A model generated the notes under the pieces. That model searched no databases and was not told the origin of the DNA. It was given only the letters and a program-made list of their open reading frames with translations. The position numbers and the translations under genes were made by a program. A stretch of DNA of 64,000 nucleotides, taken from NCBI GenBank assembly GCA_964016885.1, contig OZ024741.1:137702001-137766000 (forward strand), written 5' to 3'. Below are positions 39,728 through 52,822 of the stretch, piece by piece. The first letter of the stretch is position 1. Each line of letters starts with the position of its first letter. This DNA comes from Eledone cirrhosa (Eukaryota).

Positions 39728-42611
39728 GATTTCATTTATTAGCCACAAGGGCTGACATGTAGGGGACAATACAAAGACAGGGACAGTGGGGGTTTACAAT
39801 AAGGTCGAGTAAAAGTGCACAATGGCAAGACTAATTTAACAATGAAAATATAAAAATATAAAATAAACTATGCATAAATATAACAAAATAAATTCGCCGA
39901 TAAGGGGAGGACGACCCTGGGGTGACTCGGGTACCCCACTAATCGTGAACCACCCTGCGCTTCTAGGGCACCCAGGGAGAGCACCCCTCTCCTCAAGTTA
40001 GCTAGCCTATAGGCGCATGGTCAGAGTAGGCCCATTCACACGAGCCATTCTCGCCACATTCACCCACCTTTTAGCAACTGTACTAGGGGGCAGCACTCCT
40101 CTCTCCACCCTCACCTTCCTTTCCAGGTGAAACTTGAAGAAGTTGATGAGGGATTGGCCGAAGAGAAAAGTGTCTGTCTTCAGTCCTTTTAACTTGGTCC
40201 ACCATATAACCTCTTTCGCAACTGCCACCAGACAGAGCAACATTTCCTGCTCTTCCTGACCTAAGGAAGGCGGTGGATCGATCTTCACTATGGACTTGGC
40301 CGATAGCCGGATTCGTTCCACACGCGACAGTAGCTATTCGACATAACTCCACAAGTCAGTAATGCACGGACATTGGACAAGTGCGTGCAGAACGGTTTCG
40401 TCGTTCTGTGCGCATCTTGGGCAGGTCCGTCTGACAGCACTTCCCTGCCTGTAGAGTTAATCCCGAACCAGCAGTGCCCCCCGGTAGCATTGCCAAGCGA
40501 GGGATTTCTGGAAATTGTCCATCGTCCCCGGCTCAAAGGTCCTCCGGTACAGACTGGTCAGTTCGACCTCGTCGAGGCCCAAAGCTTCTCCGAGTGCGTC
40601 ATTTACCCACCACTAATCCTCTATAGAACTGGAGAGTGAAAGTTCCACTGATCGCATTGCCCGCTTGGTAGAGCGCAGTGAGTGCCTGGAAACATTCCAG
40701 GTGCCAGTCACCCAGTCTCGGTCTCTTCTTGACCCAGGACTGCAGCTCAGTCAAAGAAATGAGCTGCGGAAAGGCCTGTCTGATAAACGGCGACCACACC
40801 TGTTCACCGTTGAGGCAGAATATTTGGAGATGTCGTCGCCTCAACGCATGTCTGCGCATCATTAGCCACGGCTTGCCCAGCCCTCCGCGTAAAGGCTGCT
40901 GGCAGCAGATGGACCGCCTCAGCAACGGATATTGTCCTCTCCACAAGAATTTGAAGAGGAGCCGTTCCAACATGACGTGGCGCGGACGGGGGAAAGGCAC
41001 GACGGTCAGGCGGTAGTAGATGACGGACGCGATGTACGCATTCGCCACCTCCGCGCGACCTTTCAGTGATAGCTTCCTCCCAGCCCATTTTTGGGTGAGA
41101 CTGGCTATTCAGCTCGTTACCTCGTCCCAATTCTTTTACACATGGAGGTCTGGTCCGAACCAAACCCCGAGCAACTTTACCGGTCCGTCCGTCCAGCGCC
41201 CCACGACGCTGTTGGACGGCATGGGCTTGTCTCTCCAGGTTCCGAGCTGCAATACCACCGACTTTTCCGGGTTAAGTTTGGCTCCTGTCAACCTTTCATA
41301 TTCCTTCAATAAGGTACCGACCACCTCGATTTCTGAGGTGTTCGACACCATCACGGTGATATCGTCCGCATAATCCGACACCGCCTTTCCACGTCCCGGT
41401 TCGAGCGGGATGCCTTGCAACAGCTCCAGCTTCCGAAGTACAGGCTAGAGAGTCAATACATACAGAAGGGAAGAGAGAGGGCACCCTTGACGGACCGATC
41501 GGGAGAGCCGCAATGGTTCCGAGAGGTGGCCATTAACCTTGACCACCGAGCGTGTGCCGCTGTACATTGCAGCGATCCAGCTTCTGAAGACAGGGCCGAA
41601 GCCAGCTGCTTTGAGGACAAACTCCAGATACCGATGGTCGACCCTATCGAATGCTTTCGATTGATCTAAATTGATCAGTGCCCCACCGAAGCCAGGTTTA
41701 CACCCTACCCTCTCTATGATGTATCGCATGAGGTGGAGATTGTCGTGTATGGACCTGGCTGGGATTGCGCAAGTTTGCGCCTCCTCAACCAAATCCTCGA
41801 CGACAAGCGCCACTTTTTGCTAACACCTTGGCCAAAATCTTAAACTCTGTGTTGAGCAGAATTATGGGCCTTAAGTTGTCTAATGTATCCCTCTTGTTCT
41901 CGTCTTTCCTTATCAGCGTCACCACTCCACTGCTCACAGAACTGGGAATACTCCCATTCTTCTGCCAGTTGCAGTAAAGTGCTTCGAGGAGTTCGGAGAA
42001 CAACTCTGGCATATTTACGTAAAGCTCGTAGGGCAGGCCATCCAAACCGGGTGACTTGCGCCTTATACAGCCGATAAGGGCGTCCTGAATTTCGGCTGAA
42101 GTAATCGGCCTTTCGCAGCGCTCAGCGTCGACCGTCGAGATGCGTGGCAAGCCGTCAAGGTAGGGACTGAAATCCGTTACTCTCTCTGACTCGCCACTCC
42201 CCCCGAACAACCGAGCAAAGTGCTGGCGAAAGGCCTCACACATCCGCTTGGAATCGCTTATCTCGTGTCCGACTCGGTCCGTCAAAGACCGAAATGTGGT
42301 TTTATTACCACGCTGCGTGTCCGCCACGCGGGCCCATCGAACAGCTTTAGTTTCCTCGTTTCTCATCGCACGCGCCTTAGCTCTGACAATGCAACCTTCG
42401 TGTTTCGCATTGAAGAAATGGTCTAATGCCATTCTCGCCGCTAGCACGTCAGTTGCAATGCCACTACAAATAACTCGTCTAACTTATCTACCAGCTCCCC
42501 CTCCTTTCTATTTTTCTCTAACTCTACTTCTTTACTGAACTCTATCGAAGTTACTCTAATCTCTCTTTCGAGAGCCCCCCCCCCCACCATCTGTTGTTGA
42601 TGATCCCCCAA
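39728..42611 (-). mobile_element. L1/Tx1-clade LINE, 5'-truncated and frameshifted
   Basis: KSPGLDGLPYE, LRPIILLNTEFKILAK, LDQSKAFDRV, VRQGCPLS, YADDITV, VKLLGVWF. AATAAA at the 3' end. Candidate TSD caacaataatgataat at 39712-39727 and 42612-42627. Confidence 0.9.
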
Positions 42612-43636
42612 CAACAATAATGATAATAACAGCAAACCGCCGACCAATATCGTCCACACTGGTCGCAGCAGTCGTAGTGATATTACTACCCTACTGACAA
42701 CAACAACGAAATCAACAGCTACAGTAAACAGTTACAACAACAACTATAACAGAAACAACGACAACAACAGCAAAAACACAGACCAGCGTCGTATACACGG
42801 GCCGTAGCAGTGGTAGTGAAGGTATCGCCCTGTCGACAATAACAACGATAACGCCAAAGCAATAAAAACGAGTTTTGAGGTAGGTTGGTACACAGAATTG
42901 GTGGTATCAATCACCATGACCATATATAGCAACAACAACAATGGCAACGGCAAAAAACATTAGCACCGCCCATCAACCACCCCGTTCGTCGTAGTAGTGG
43001 TGGTATCATTTATATTAGTATCAAGCTCATTGTTAACACCAATAAGAATAACAACAATACCAGTGAGGATCCCACCACACTTCCATGAAAAATAAACTAA
43101 CCACAATAGTAGTCCGTTGAAACAAGGAAGCGAAAATTGGATAGAAATATAGATGGGTATTTATATATATATAAATAAATACATGCACAGTTAATACAGT
43201 CCTCTCTATCATTCTAAGGCACAAGGCTAGCAATAATTACAGTGCAGAAAAACGGTTAGTTAACCACAAAAGCATTCAGTTTTAACTACAGTGGCAACAA
43301 TTAAAAGGGCTGTTAGACTATTGAAGAGAGTTACGGGTAGCGAAAGCAGGGACAGGAACAAGCAGATAAGAAATCGAGATCACATATAGAGAACACAATA
43401 ATAAAAGAACGGGACAAAAATACATAAAAGAACAACAGTAGGTATATAAACAGAGAATGAGGAACAAGGGACATGAAACATGTACACACAGTGACTCCAG
43501 GTGTGCAAGCAAGATATCCATGGTTCGCCTGACGCTGGGGTTGTCGTGTGATCACGCCCGGCTTCCACGGTCAAGTCCTCAACTAGTACAACTATATTGT
43601 TAGTTCGTACAGCTTGAGGAAGGTTCCACATGATCA

Positions 43637-44025
43637 GTGGAAGCAGGTGCTGAAGCGGTTACTCCTTTTATTGATAACTCGAGCTCCCCTTTCGATTATT
43701 TCCATAATCTCGGTGGCACACAAATTACATGAGTCATGTCCACTCCTCTGTAGGGTTGAGCTGAGGCTACCTTGGACCACGACAAGGTGTATTCTACGTT
43801 GTCATGCTTGAGACGCCACACCAGTTCTGAGAGGGTAGTGCTGTATTTCTTATCAACTATCCTAAAAGTGTGGCAGTGATTGTATCAGCGTTCCTTTAAT
43901 TGTTTAGCTATGGCTCTGATACAGGTGAAGGTTTGGATGGTGGCATTCACCCTACATTCATGTACTAAGCCACTGCCAAGGCACCTTCCCTCCAGGGGGC
44001 AGTTACTGGGGTTTCTACAATTGCA
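43637..44025 (-). pseudogene. Hydra-clade-like GIY-YIG endonuclease remnant
   Basis: CNCRNPSNCPLEGRC..LVHEC..KER*YNHCHTF..STTLSELVWRLK..YTLSW..AQPY / CNLCATE..INKRSNRFSTCFH. Confidence 0.85.
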
Positions 44026-44345
44026 GCCCGGATCTCTGGATCGCGTTGTATGATTCCTCGGCCTTTCACGGTTTAAGATGTTACCAACAGAGGAAGAGGT
44101 AAGTGTGTGGTGTGTCTCCTCGCGGTTTCTGTTTCCCCTGGAGTTGCGGACGTTTTTTAATCTACTGCGGTTTAAGGCTTCTATATTTTGCGTATTGCGT
44201 TTTTTTTCGTTTTTTTCGTTTATAGCTTTTTCTAGCAAACAAGATGGCTGGCAAACCCTTCAAGGAACTCATATGTCTGCTGGGCACACAAGCAATATGA
44301 AGTGTTTCTTTTTCCTGCCAGCGATATATCAAACATATCGGTTTT

Positions 44346-44418
44346 TCATCTGAGGATAGCATTCTCATAATCAACAGCAAATGCAAGATATGGAGAACCG
44401 TGGAAATAATCATAATGA
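44346..44418 (+). ncRNA. Hammerhead ribozyme with large loop II, decayed (second copy at 39340-39427, minus strand)
   Basis: Consensus of the two copies: tcat-CTGAGGA-tac.gttctc-(30-45 nt)-gagaaccgtg-GAAA-taatta-TA-atga. Confidence 0.65.
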
Positions 44419-44584
44419 TTAAACGATATATGTAACCTCAGCATCTTATTTTGTTTTAGTCTACACATTTATTATTATTACTATTATTACTATATATATA
44501 TCTATATAATTTGTATTGGAATATATTAGTATACATATGTATAAAAAGCAAACATATTTGCATATACGCTTATAAACATTGTGC

Positions 44585-44661
<77 letters not shown>

Positions 44662-44666
44662 TGGAA

Positions 44667-45630
44667 AAAAAAACGATTATTAGGAAGAAAAAAATAATTT
44701 TCTCCTTATTTTTTTTCTATTTTTTTCTGGTTTAGAAAATGTTTAAAACAAAATATTTTGCTTTGTGTGAAGTGTGAAGGTATTAGTTAATTTATATATT
44801 AATTAACAATACCATTTATTTATTTATTTATTTAATATAATGATTATCAATTACCGGTTTCACCATTTTATGCATTATCAAATTATGTGAGTGGGAGAGA
44901 AAAAAGCGGGAATTTGTATTGGTTAAGATGTTGAACATGTTATTGAAATGAGAACCGGAACGAAAATGAATCATGGTCCAAAATCCCTACGTTCTCTATG
45001 GAGTTACCTCCCTCACGCCCTACCTAATCCTTTTTCTTATATAAATGAATTACCTTCTCTCCTCTCTTTCTACCCGACCACCCTGAATTACCTCCCCTTG
45101 CATATTAATTCTCTAAAAAGGGAAAACACATACAATTACAGGCGGACATTTCCCTCCATCATGGACCATCTTCTTTAAGCGTTCGTACCATAATTACATA
45201 TTTTTAACTGCTTTTCCTAAAAAAACAATGCTTGTAAATGATATTATTCTTTCTTTCACATTACCTTATCATGTTCCACATCACTCCCTTTTTTACTTCA
45301 AAAACCTTGTTTGTAAATAATATTATTCTTTCTTTCCCATTTCAATAACATGTTCAACATCACCTTAACCCATACAAATGCCCCCTTCTTTTCTCTCCCA
45401 CTCACATAATTTGATAATGCATAAAATGCTGAAACCGGTAATTGATAATCATTAAATAAATAAATTAATAAATAAATAAATCAATGCTATTGTTAATTAA
45501 TAAATAAATTAACTAATACCTTAACACTTCACACAAAGTAAAATATTTTGTTTTAAACATTTTCTAAACCAGAAAAAAATAGAAAAAAATAAGGTCAAAA
45601 TTATTTTTTTCTTCTTAATAATCGTTTTTT
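44667..45630. repeat. Fold-back element (arms ~285 bp) with decayed HHR
   Basis: Arms ~44667-44950 / 45338-45630. aat-TTGATAA-t-gcat-aaa-atgc-t-GAAA-ccgg-TA-att at 45408-45443. Confidence 0.85.
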
Positions 45631-45653
45631 GCTACCCCCTCTCTCTCTCTCTC

Positions 45654-46250
<597 letters not shown>

Positions 46251-46252
<2 letters not shown>

Positions 46253-46978
46253 CAATTAAGTTAAAGTGTACATCTATATATGTATACGGAAGTATTAGTA
46301 TGCATATAAATACACATATGTATACATATGTACATGTACCGAGTTTTTCACTAGACACTTTACAGTGAGTGTCCAGCTAGTCTGTATGTAAACAGACGAA
46401 CCGGGTTTTAAAGTCATACGAGTTTTCAAGGAAACACATTTCCTCTATTCTCCAGAGAGCCAGACAGGAATATTGGACTAGTTTCGATGTTATTACATCT
46501 CATCAGCAATATATACCTATCTTTCCGGCTTCTCTGGAGAATTGTAAAAGCACATATCGTTATATGCTTTTTCTATGAAAATCAGTAGTGGGCAGACTAA
46601 TTTGCATAGAACGTGAGTCATTGTACGCACCGGTTCAGCGGAAACGATAAAAACGAATAACGAAACGAAATTAAACATCGAAACTAGTCCAATATTCCTG
46701 TCTGGCTCTCTGGAGAATAGAGGAAATGTGTTTCCTTGAAAACTCGTATGACTTTAAAACCCGGTTCGTCTGTTTACATACAGACTAGCTGGACACTCAC
46801 TGTAAAGTGTCTAGTGAAAAACTCGGTACATGTACATATGTATACATATGTGTATTTATATGCATACTAATACTTCCGTATACATATATAGATGTACACT
46901 TTAACTTAATTGTTTAAGCGTCAGTCATACAAAAGTGAGTTAGAAGCGAAACGAAATTTAATTTCGTTTCGTTATTCG

Positions 46979-46984
<6 letters not shown>
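46251..46984. repeat. Fold-back element with apparently identical 241 bp arms, in (TA)n
   Basis: Arms 46251-46491 / 46674-46914. A second short inverted pair lies at ~46648-46675 / ~46956-46984. Confidence 0.9.
46470..46512 (-). ncRNA. Canonical minimal type I hammerhead ribozyme
   Basis: atattg-CTGATGA-gatgt-aata-acatc-GAAA-ctag-TC-caatat. All stems perfect; GUC triplet. Confidence 0.92.
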
Positions 46985-47038
<54 letters not shown>

Positions 47039-47044
<6 letters not shown>

Positions 47045-47748
47045 TGACGTAAAATAAAAAAATTATAAAAATTGACTTACTTACTAAAATTTCACTCCAA
47101 CTAATTAGTTTCTGAAAGGGAATAAACATGGTTTCGTTACCAGGTAGTCTGGTCTCAGCTAAGATACTTGGCGATGCATGACACAGGGAACTTATACAAA
47201 AATAATTCAGTGGATGGAAAAAAGCAAGCGTGGACTAAATTCCAATACATTGAAAAAATCACTGCCTACTTGGTTGGTGGCAAATTCAAAAGAATCAATC
47301 ACGTGTCATCGAGGTTAATCAGTGAGGAGTAGGGTGTTAAAAAGACAGTAGCGAAGCCGTTACTATGAACTATAGTAGCAGTTTTGGCAAATTTTTGCCC
47401 AACAAAATAATTTGGAGATAATTATAAAGAATTAGTATATCTACCAACATATATATATAGATGCATATCTATGCTAGCAAATATATAGGTTTTGTCTTAG
47501 TAACTTTGTGGTTCAATGCAAGGGGATGCAGAACAATTATATGAATGACGTAAAATAAGAAAATTATAAAAATTAACTTATTTACTAAAATGTCACTCCA
47601 ACTAATTAGTTTCTGAAAGGGAATAAACGTGGTTTCCAAATGGAAAGCATGGAGAAGCCGTTTCGTCATCAGGAAGTCTGTTCTCAGTTAAGATACCTGG
47701 CGATGCGTGGACATAGGGAACTTATACAAAAATAATTCAGTGGATGGA

Positions 47749-47782
<34 letters not shown>

Positions 47783-47815
47783 GTTCCAACTCGTGTGCTC
47801 CTTCTCCACATTTTA

Positions 47816-47889
<74 letters not shown>

Positions 47890-47899
47890 TAAAATGTGG

Positions 47900-47935
<36 letters not shown>

Positions 47936-47945
47936 TAAAATGTGG

Positions 47946-48033
<88 letters not shown>

Positions 48034-49420
48034 TAAAATGTGGAGAAGGAGCACACGAGTTGGAACATATATATATATATAAATATATATATAAGGAATT
48101 TATATCTAGTAACATTTATATACACACAGATGCATATCAATGCTAGCAAATATATAGGTTTTGTCTTATTAACAATGTGGTTCAATGCATGGGGTTGCAG
48201 AACAATAATATGAGAGACGTAAAATAAGAAAATTATAAAATTAACTTACTTACTAAAAAATCACTTCCAACTAATTAGTTTCTGGAATGGAGTAAATATA
48301 TTTTCCGAAGAGACATATAGAAAATCATTCCGTCATCAGGAAAGTCTTTTTCCGTGTAGGTCTCCAGGCATAGCGAGGACACTGGAAACTTATTAAAAAA
48401 ATAATTCCGTGGAATGGAAATAGCGAAGCGTGGACTGGATTCCAAGCCATTGAGAAAATCACTGCCTCTACGTCTGTGGCAAATTCAAAAAGAATCAATC
48501 ACGTGACATCGAGGTCAATCAGTGGAAAGCGAGTGGTTATTAAGACAGCGGCCAGCTTACTACCATAGTAGCAGTCATGGCCAAATATTGCTTGACAAAT
48601 GAATTGGAGATAATTATAAGGAATTTATATCTAGTAACATTTATATACACACAGATGCATATCAATGCTAGCAAATATATAGGTTTTGTCTTATTAACAA
48701 TGTGGTTCAATGCATGGGGTTGCAGAACAATAATATGAGAGACGTAAAATAAGAAAATTATAAAATGAACTTACTTACTAAAAAATCACTTCCAACTAAT
48801 TAGTTACTGGAATGGAGTAAATATATTTTCCGAAGAAACATATAGAAAATCATTCCGTCATCAGGAAAGTCTTTTTCCGTGTAGGTCTCCAGGCATAGCG
48901 AGGACACTGGAAACTTATTAAAAAAATAATTCAGTGGAATGGAAATAGCGAAGCGTGGACTGGATTCCAAGCCATTAAAAAAATCACTGCCTCTACGTCT
49001 GTGGCAAATTCAAAAAGAATCAATCTGGCCGCTGTCTTAATAACCACTCGCTTTCCACTGATTGACCTCGATGTCACGTGATTGATTCTTTTTGAATTTG
49101 CCACAGACGTAGAGGCAGTGATTTTCTCAATGGCTTGGAATCCAGTCCACGCTTCGCTATTTCCATTCCACTGAATTATTTTTTTAATAAGTTTCCAGTG
49201 TCCTCGCTATGCCTGGAGACCTACACGGAAAAAGACTTTCCTGATGACGGAATGATTTTCTATATGTTTCTTCGGAAAATATATTTACTCAATTCCAGAA
49301 ACTAATTAGTTGGAAGTGATTTTTTAGTAAGTAAGTTCATTTTATAATTTTCTTATTTTACGTCTCTCATATAAATATATATATATATATATTTTCCATC
49401 CACTGAATTATCTTTGTATA
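47039..49420. mobile_element. Family C: ~500-525 bp units in tandem and inverted arrangement, with an HHR-like core
   Basis: Periods 501 (47040/47541) and 525 (48093/48618), inversion at ~49025, CTGATGA-cgga...ttcg-GAAA-atatat-TT at 49241-49286. Confidence 0.8.
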
Positions 49421-49567
49421 TTTCGTTGGAAATATTGTTAAGAAAGTGTTAATTTTTTTAATAACTCTTCTGATATCATTTACTATATTTACGATGATTG
49501 CTTGTCAAATGTTTGTATCACCTACTAATATATACTAACACTTATAAATTATATATATTTGTATATG

Positions 49568-49600
<33 letters not shown>

Positions 49601-49736
49601 ATAAAATTTATAAGTGTTAGTATATATTAGTACGTGATACAAACATTTGACAAGCAATCATCGTAAATATAGTAAATTATATCAGAACAGTTATTAAAAT
49701 AATTAACACTTTCTTAATATTTCTAACGAAATACAC
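49417..49736. repeat. Diverged fold-back (arms ~135 bp) centred on a TA tract
   Basis: tttactatatttacgatgattgcttgtcaaatgtttgtatcac and its reverse complement at ~49634-49676. Confidence 0.85.
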
Positions 49737-51792
49737 ACATTTGTTTCCAATAGTTTTTTAAATAAAGAACAATTTGGAAGGATTGCGTAATATAGCTTAG
49801 AGTTTTCATTATTTATCCGATATATATACTTTTTAGCAAAAAAGGCTTTAACATAGAATTATGGAATGTTTTAATACGAGTATAAGTGCTTCGGAAAAAG
49901 GACCTTTGTGTTATAAAAGCAGGGTTGATTTCAGGCGATTTAACATCAAAAGTGTCAAAATGTTCATGTGGCTAATATATTAGGGTGACGGGAAAATGAA
50001 CCCGTCAGATCTGTAGTACATATCAGGCCATCATCGCATGTGTAGGACTTACGCCTTTGGTACTTTAGAAACTTAGCTCAATGTTAACAGTTCTTAAGTT
50101 TTCAACGGAGTGTAGAGGCAAAATTGCGTTCTTAACGTAATTTTTATGTGAAAATAATTGGATTTATGCATTTATTGAAGATCGTCTTTCCCTCAGAAAC
50201 TACAAATGTCTTTATCCAAGAAGCCATTGTTTGTAACTATAGAACGAGGATAATGTCTTTTTGAGCAGACCCCACAATTACACTCACAGACTGAATAGGC
50301 ACACATACACAGATGCACACGCAGTCAGGAACATATTTACAATGTTATATTCACATGAATAGTCACAATTGTTTGGGTGAACCATATGAAGGCATAAATG
50401 TCATGCACATGATAGAATACGAATGGGCAAATTGGCAAAATCATTACATTATCGAATAAAATGCCTTGTTATTTGTATAAGCTCTCTGATTTCTGACTTC
50501 AAATCTCGCTAATGTCTACTTTATGTTTCATCGTTTCGAGCTTGATAATATACTAGTCCAGGTTGATTCTTCCCCTACATCTCTGTTTATCACTTTCTTG
50601 CACTTATTTATTTTTATTCTTCGATTCATACAACTGTGTTCCTACCTGAAAAAGTTGGCCCAAATTAAACCATGTACAGAGACATCACCCTTACGTTTCC
50701 ATTGGAAATTAAGCGCCCTTACACTTACATAGCTTTAGGTTACAGAATGTGTACATTTGTCATTAGCACATATCTATGGGGAATATAACTCATATTCACC
50801 CAACGAATAATTATTTTTTACTTAACATAGGTCCCCGAAAGCGTATAATTGGCGCAGTCTACTTAAAAGAAAGACGTTTTCGCTAAAAAGGTAATAAATA
50901 ATCCACATGTTCTCCTAAATGGAATAGCCAATCGCTGAGTGGTTCCTGCCTATCAGTATGTTTCTTGGTTTGCTGCCTGACAAAGCACTTTATCTTGTGC
51001 TCTTTTATGGGATGCGTAGCTAGCTTAGGAAACACACGTGCTCGTGCGTCATGTTGAAAATCCAGCTAAAATATATATTTAGCCAAGTATAAGCAAAGTT
51101 AAATATATAAGTATTCAAGTAGAGCCATATCACTGATCCTCCAAATTGAATTATATGTTGTAACAATCCAGTATACAGTGTTCACAAATTTAGACGTTCA
51201 AGATATATTGAAAAGTATTGGAAAATGTAAAAAGAAAAAAAAGCCATCAAGATTGAACAGCAAAAAGTTCTGATAAGTAATTTCCAAAATAACTTTGCAA
51301 AGTTATCTTTGTTGTATCAACTATTAAAGCCAACTACCATCGTCGTTGTCGATGCGCTTCTATAAGGAAAGTAATTACTTTAAAGTGTCCTTCACAAAGT
51401 TCCTCATATAGCAGTTAATAATTACGTTTTAAAGAGGGTACTTTTGAGTAATGTATAAGCGCTAAGTAATAAATGTTAAGGATTAAGTTGTATGTAGGCA
51501 GCAGAACACATTTTCTAACTTGTATTTTAGATTTTGTAAGGGATTCTCAATTACAGATTTGAAGAACATTGAATCTCATTGGAAGAAAATTATTTTGAAA
51601 CACAACATTTGAGATTTATAGATGCACATCAGTAATAAATAGTTTGACTTACCACTCACATTCTCCTATTCATAAGGTACTCTTAACGTCACATAATCTC
51701 CACGTCAACATATAAGTGTCTGTGATAGATTTTGGTTGTGAGAGGTGCCGGAAGTAAGCAAAATTAACAAAATCTACATTGATGAATGTATA

Positions 51793-51846
<54 letters not shown>

Positions 51847-51888
51847 TAGAATCATAAGTATATGTATGTGTATCAATATGTTTATATG

Positions 51889-51950
<62 letters not shown>

Positions 51951-51979
51951 CATACATACATATATATATATGTATGATG

Positions 51980-52050
<71 letters not shown>

Positions 52051-52635
52051 TTAAACTGTAATGGAATCGATGAGATATTAATTGAAATATTATAAAACCT
52101 TTTAGAAAACATTTTATATAGTTCCGTCATTACTTATCACAGTGATGCACTTAGAAAATCTATGCTCAGTCCTTCTCTTTCCTTTATACACATATACGTT
52201 TACAAATATATTCTCATAGGTAGACACTAATGTGTTTATCGATGTGTATGTACTTCTATGTGCCTGTACGCACACACACACACATACACACACACACACA
52301 CCCGCAAACACATATATTCATATGAATATATATCTATGCTTCCCTATGAATATGCATGTATGTGTGTGCACTCTCGTTACATATGCATATGTGTCTACGT
52401 TTATGTATACTGGCTTGAGGAAAGATCTGGTTACAAAAATAGAATTTCGTTTTTATCTAAACATATTATTTATTAACATGTATAATTTATCTGTCTACTA
52501 GATATTTTGTAGTAACAAAGCTAATTTATAATACGTTATTTCATAATTTCGTCGCCTATTTTTCATCTGAAAAAAAAAAATGGTTGACAAGTTTGCTTTA
52601 ACATTATAGGACTAGCCTTCATGAAAACATCAACT

Positions 52636-52822
52636 CAGTTGTTGAAAAGTTCCTGGCTTAAGGGTATCGCGAAAGGGAAGAGCTGTTACCATTAGAGGGG
52701 AGGTAGGACAGCTGCAATAAGTATGTGAATCTGAGAGGGGACTATGTTGAATAAAATCATAATTAACTGATCCACCCGTATTTTCATTTACCTATAGGCA
52801 GGACTTTTTCAGCACCCTGGTA
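52636..52822 (+). mobile_element. Mariner-derived MITE / deletion derivative
   Basis: TIRs gttgttgaaaagttcctggct / ggcaggactttttcagcaccc. Internal sequence encodes the mariner C-terminus KYVNLRGDYVE*. Confidence 0.7.

Larger units (their letters stand above)
39303..44455 (-). mobile_element. Older Hydra-clade-like PLE with inverted pLTR, interrupted by a Tx1 LINE
   Basis: Diverged ~295 bp inverted repeat 39303-39601 / 44161-44455 and an EN remnant at 43637-44025. Confidence 0.8.

Noticed and set aside
43885-43887. In-frame TGA in the PLE endonuclease as possible selenocysteine (known in Naiad PLEs)
   Set aside because: It is not at a conserved Cys position, the copy has other frameshifts, and no SECIS was seen; simple decay is more likely.
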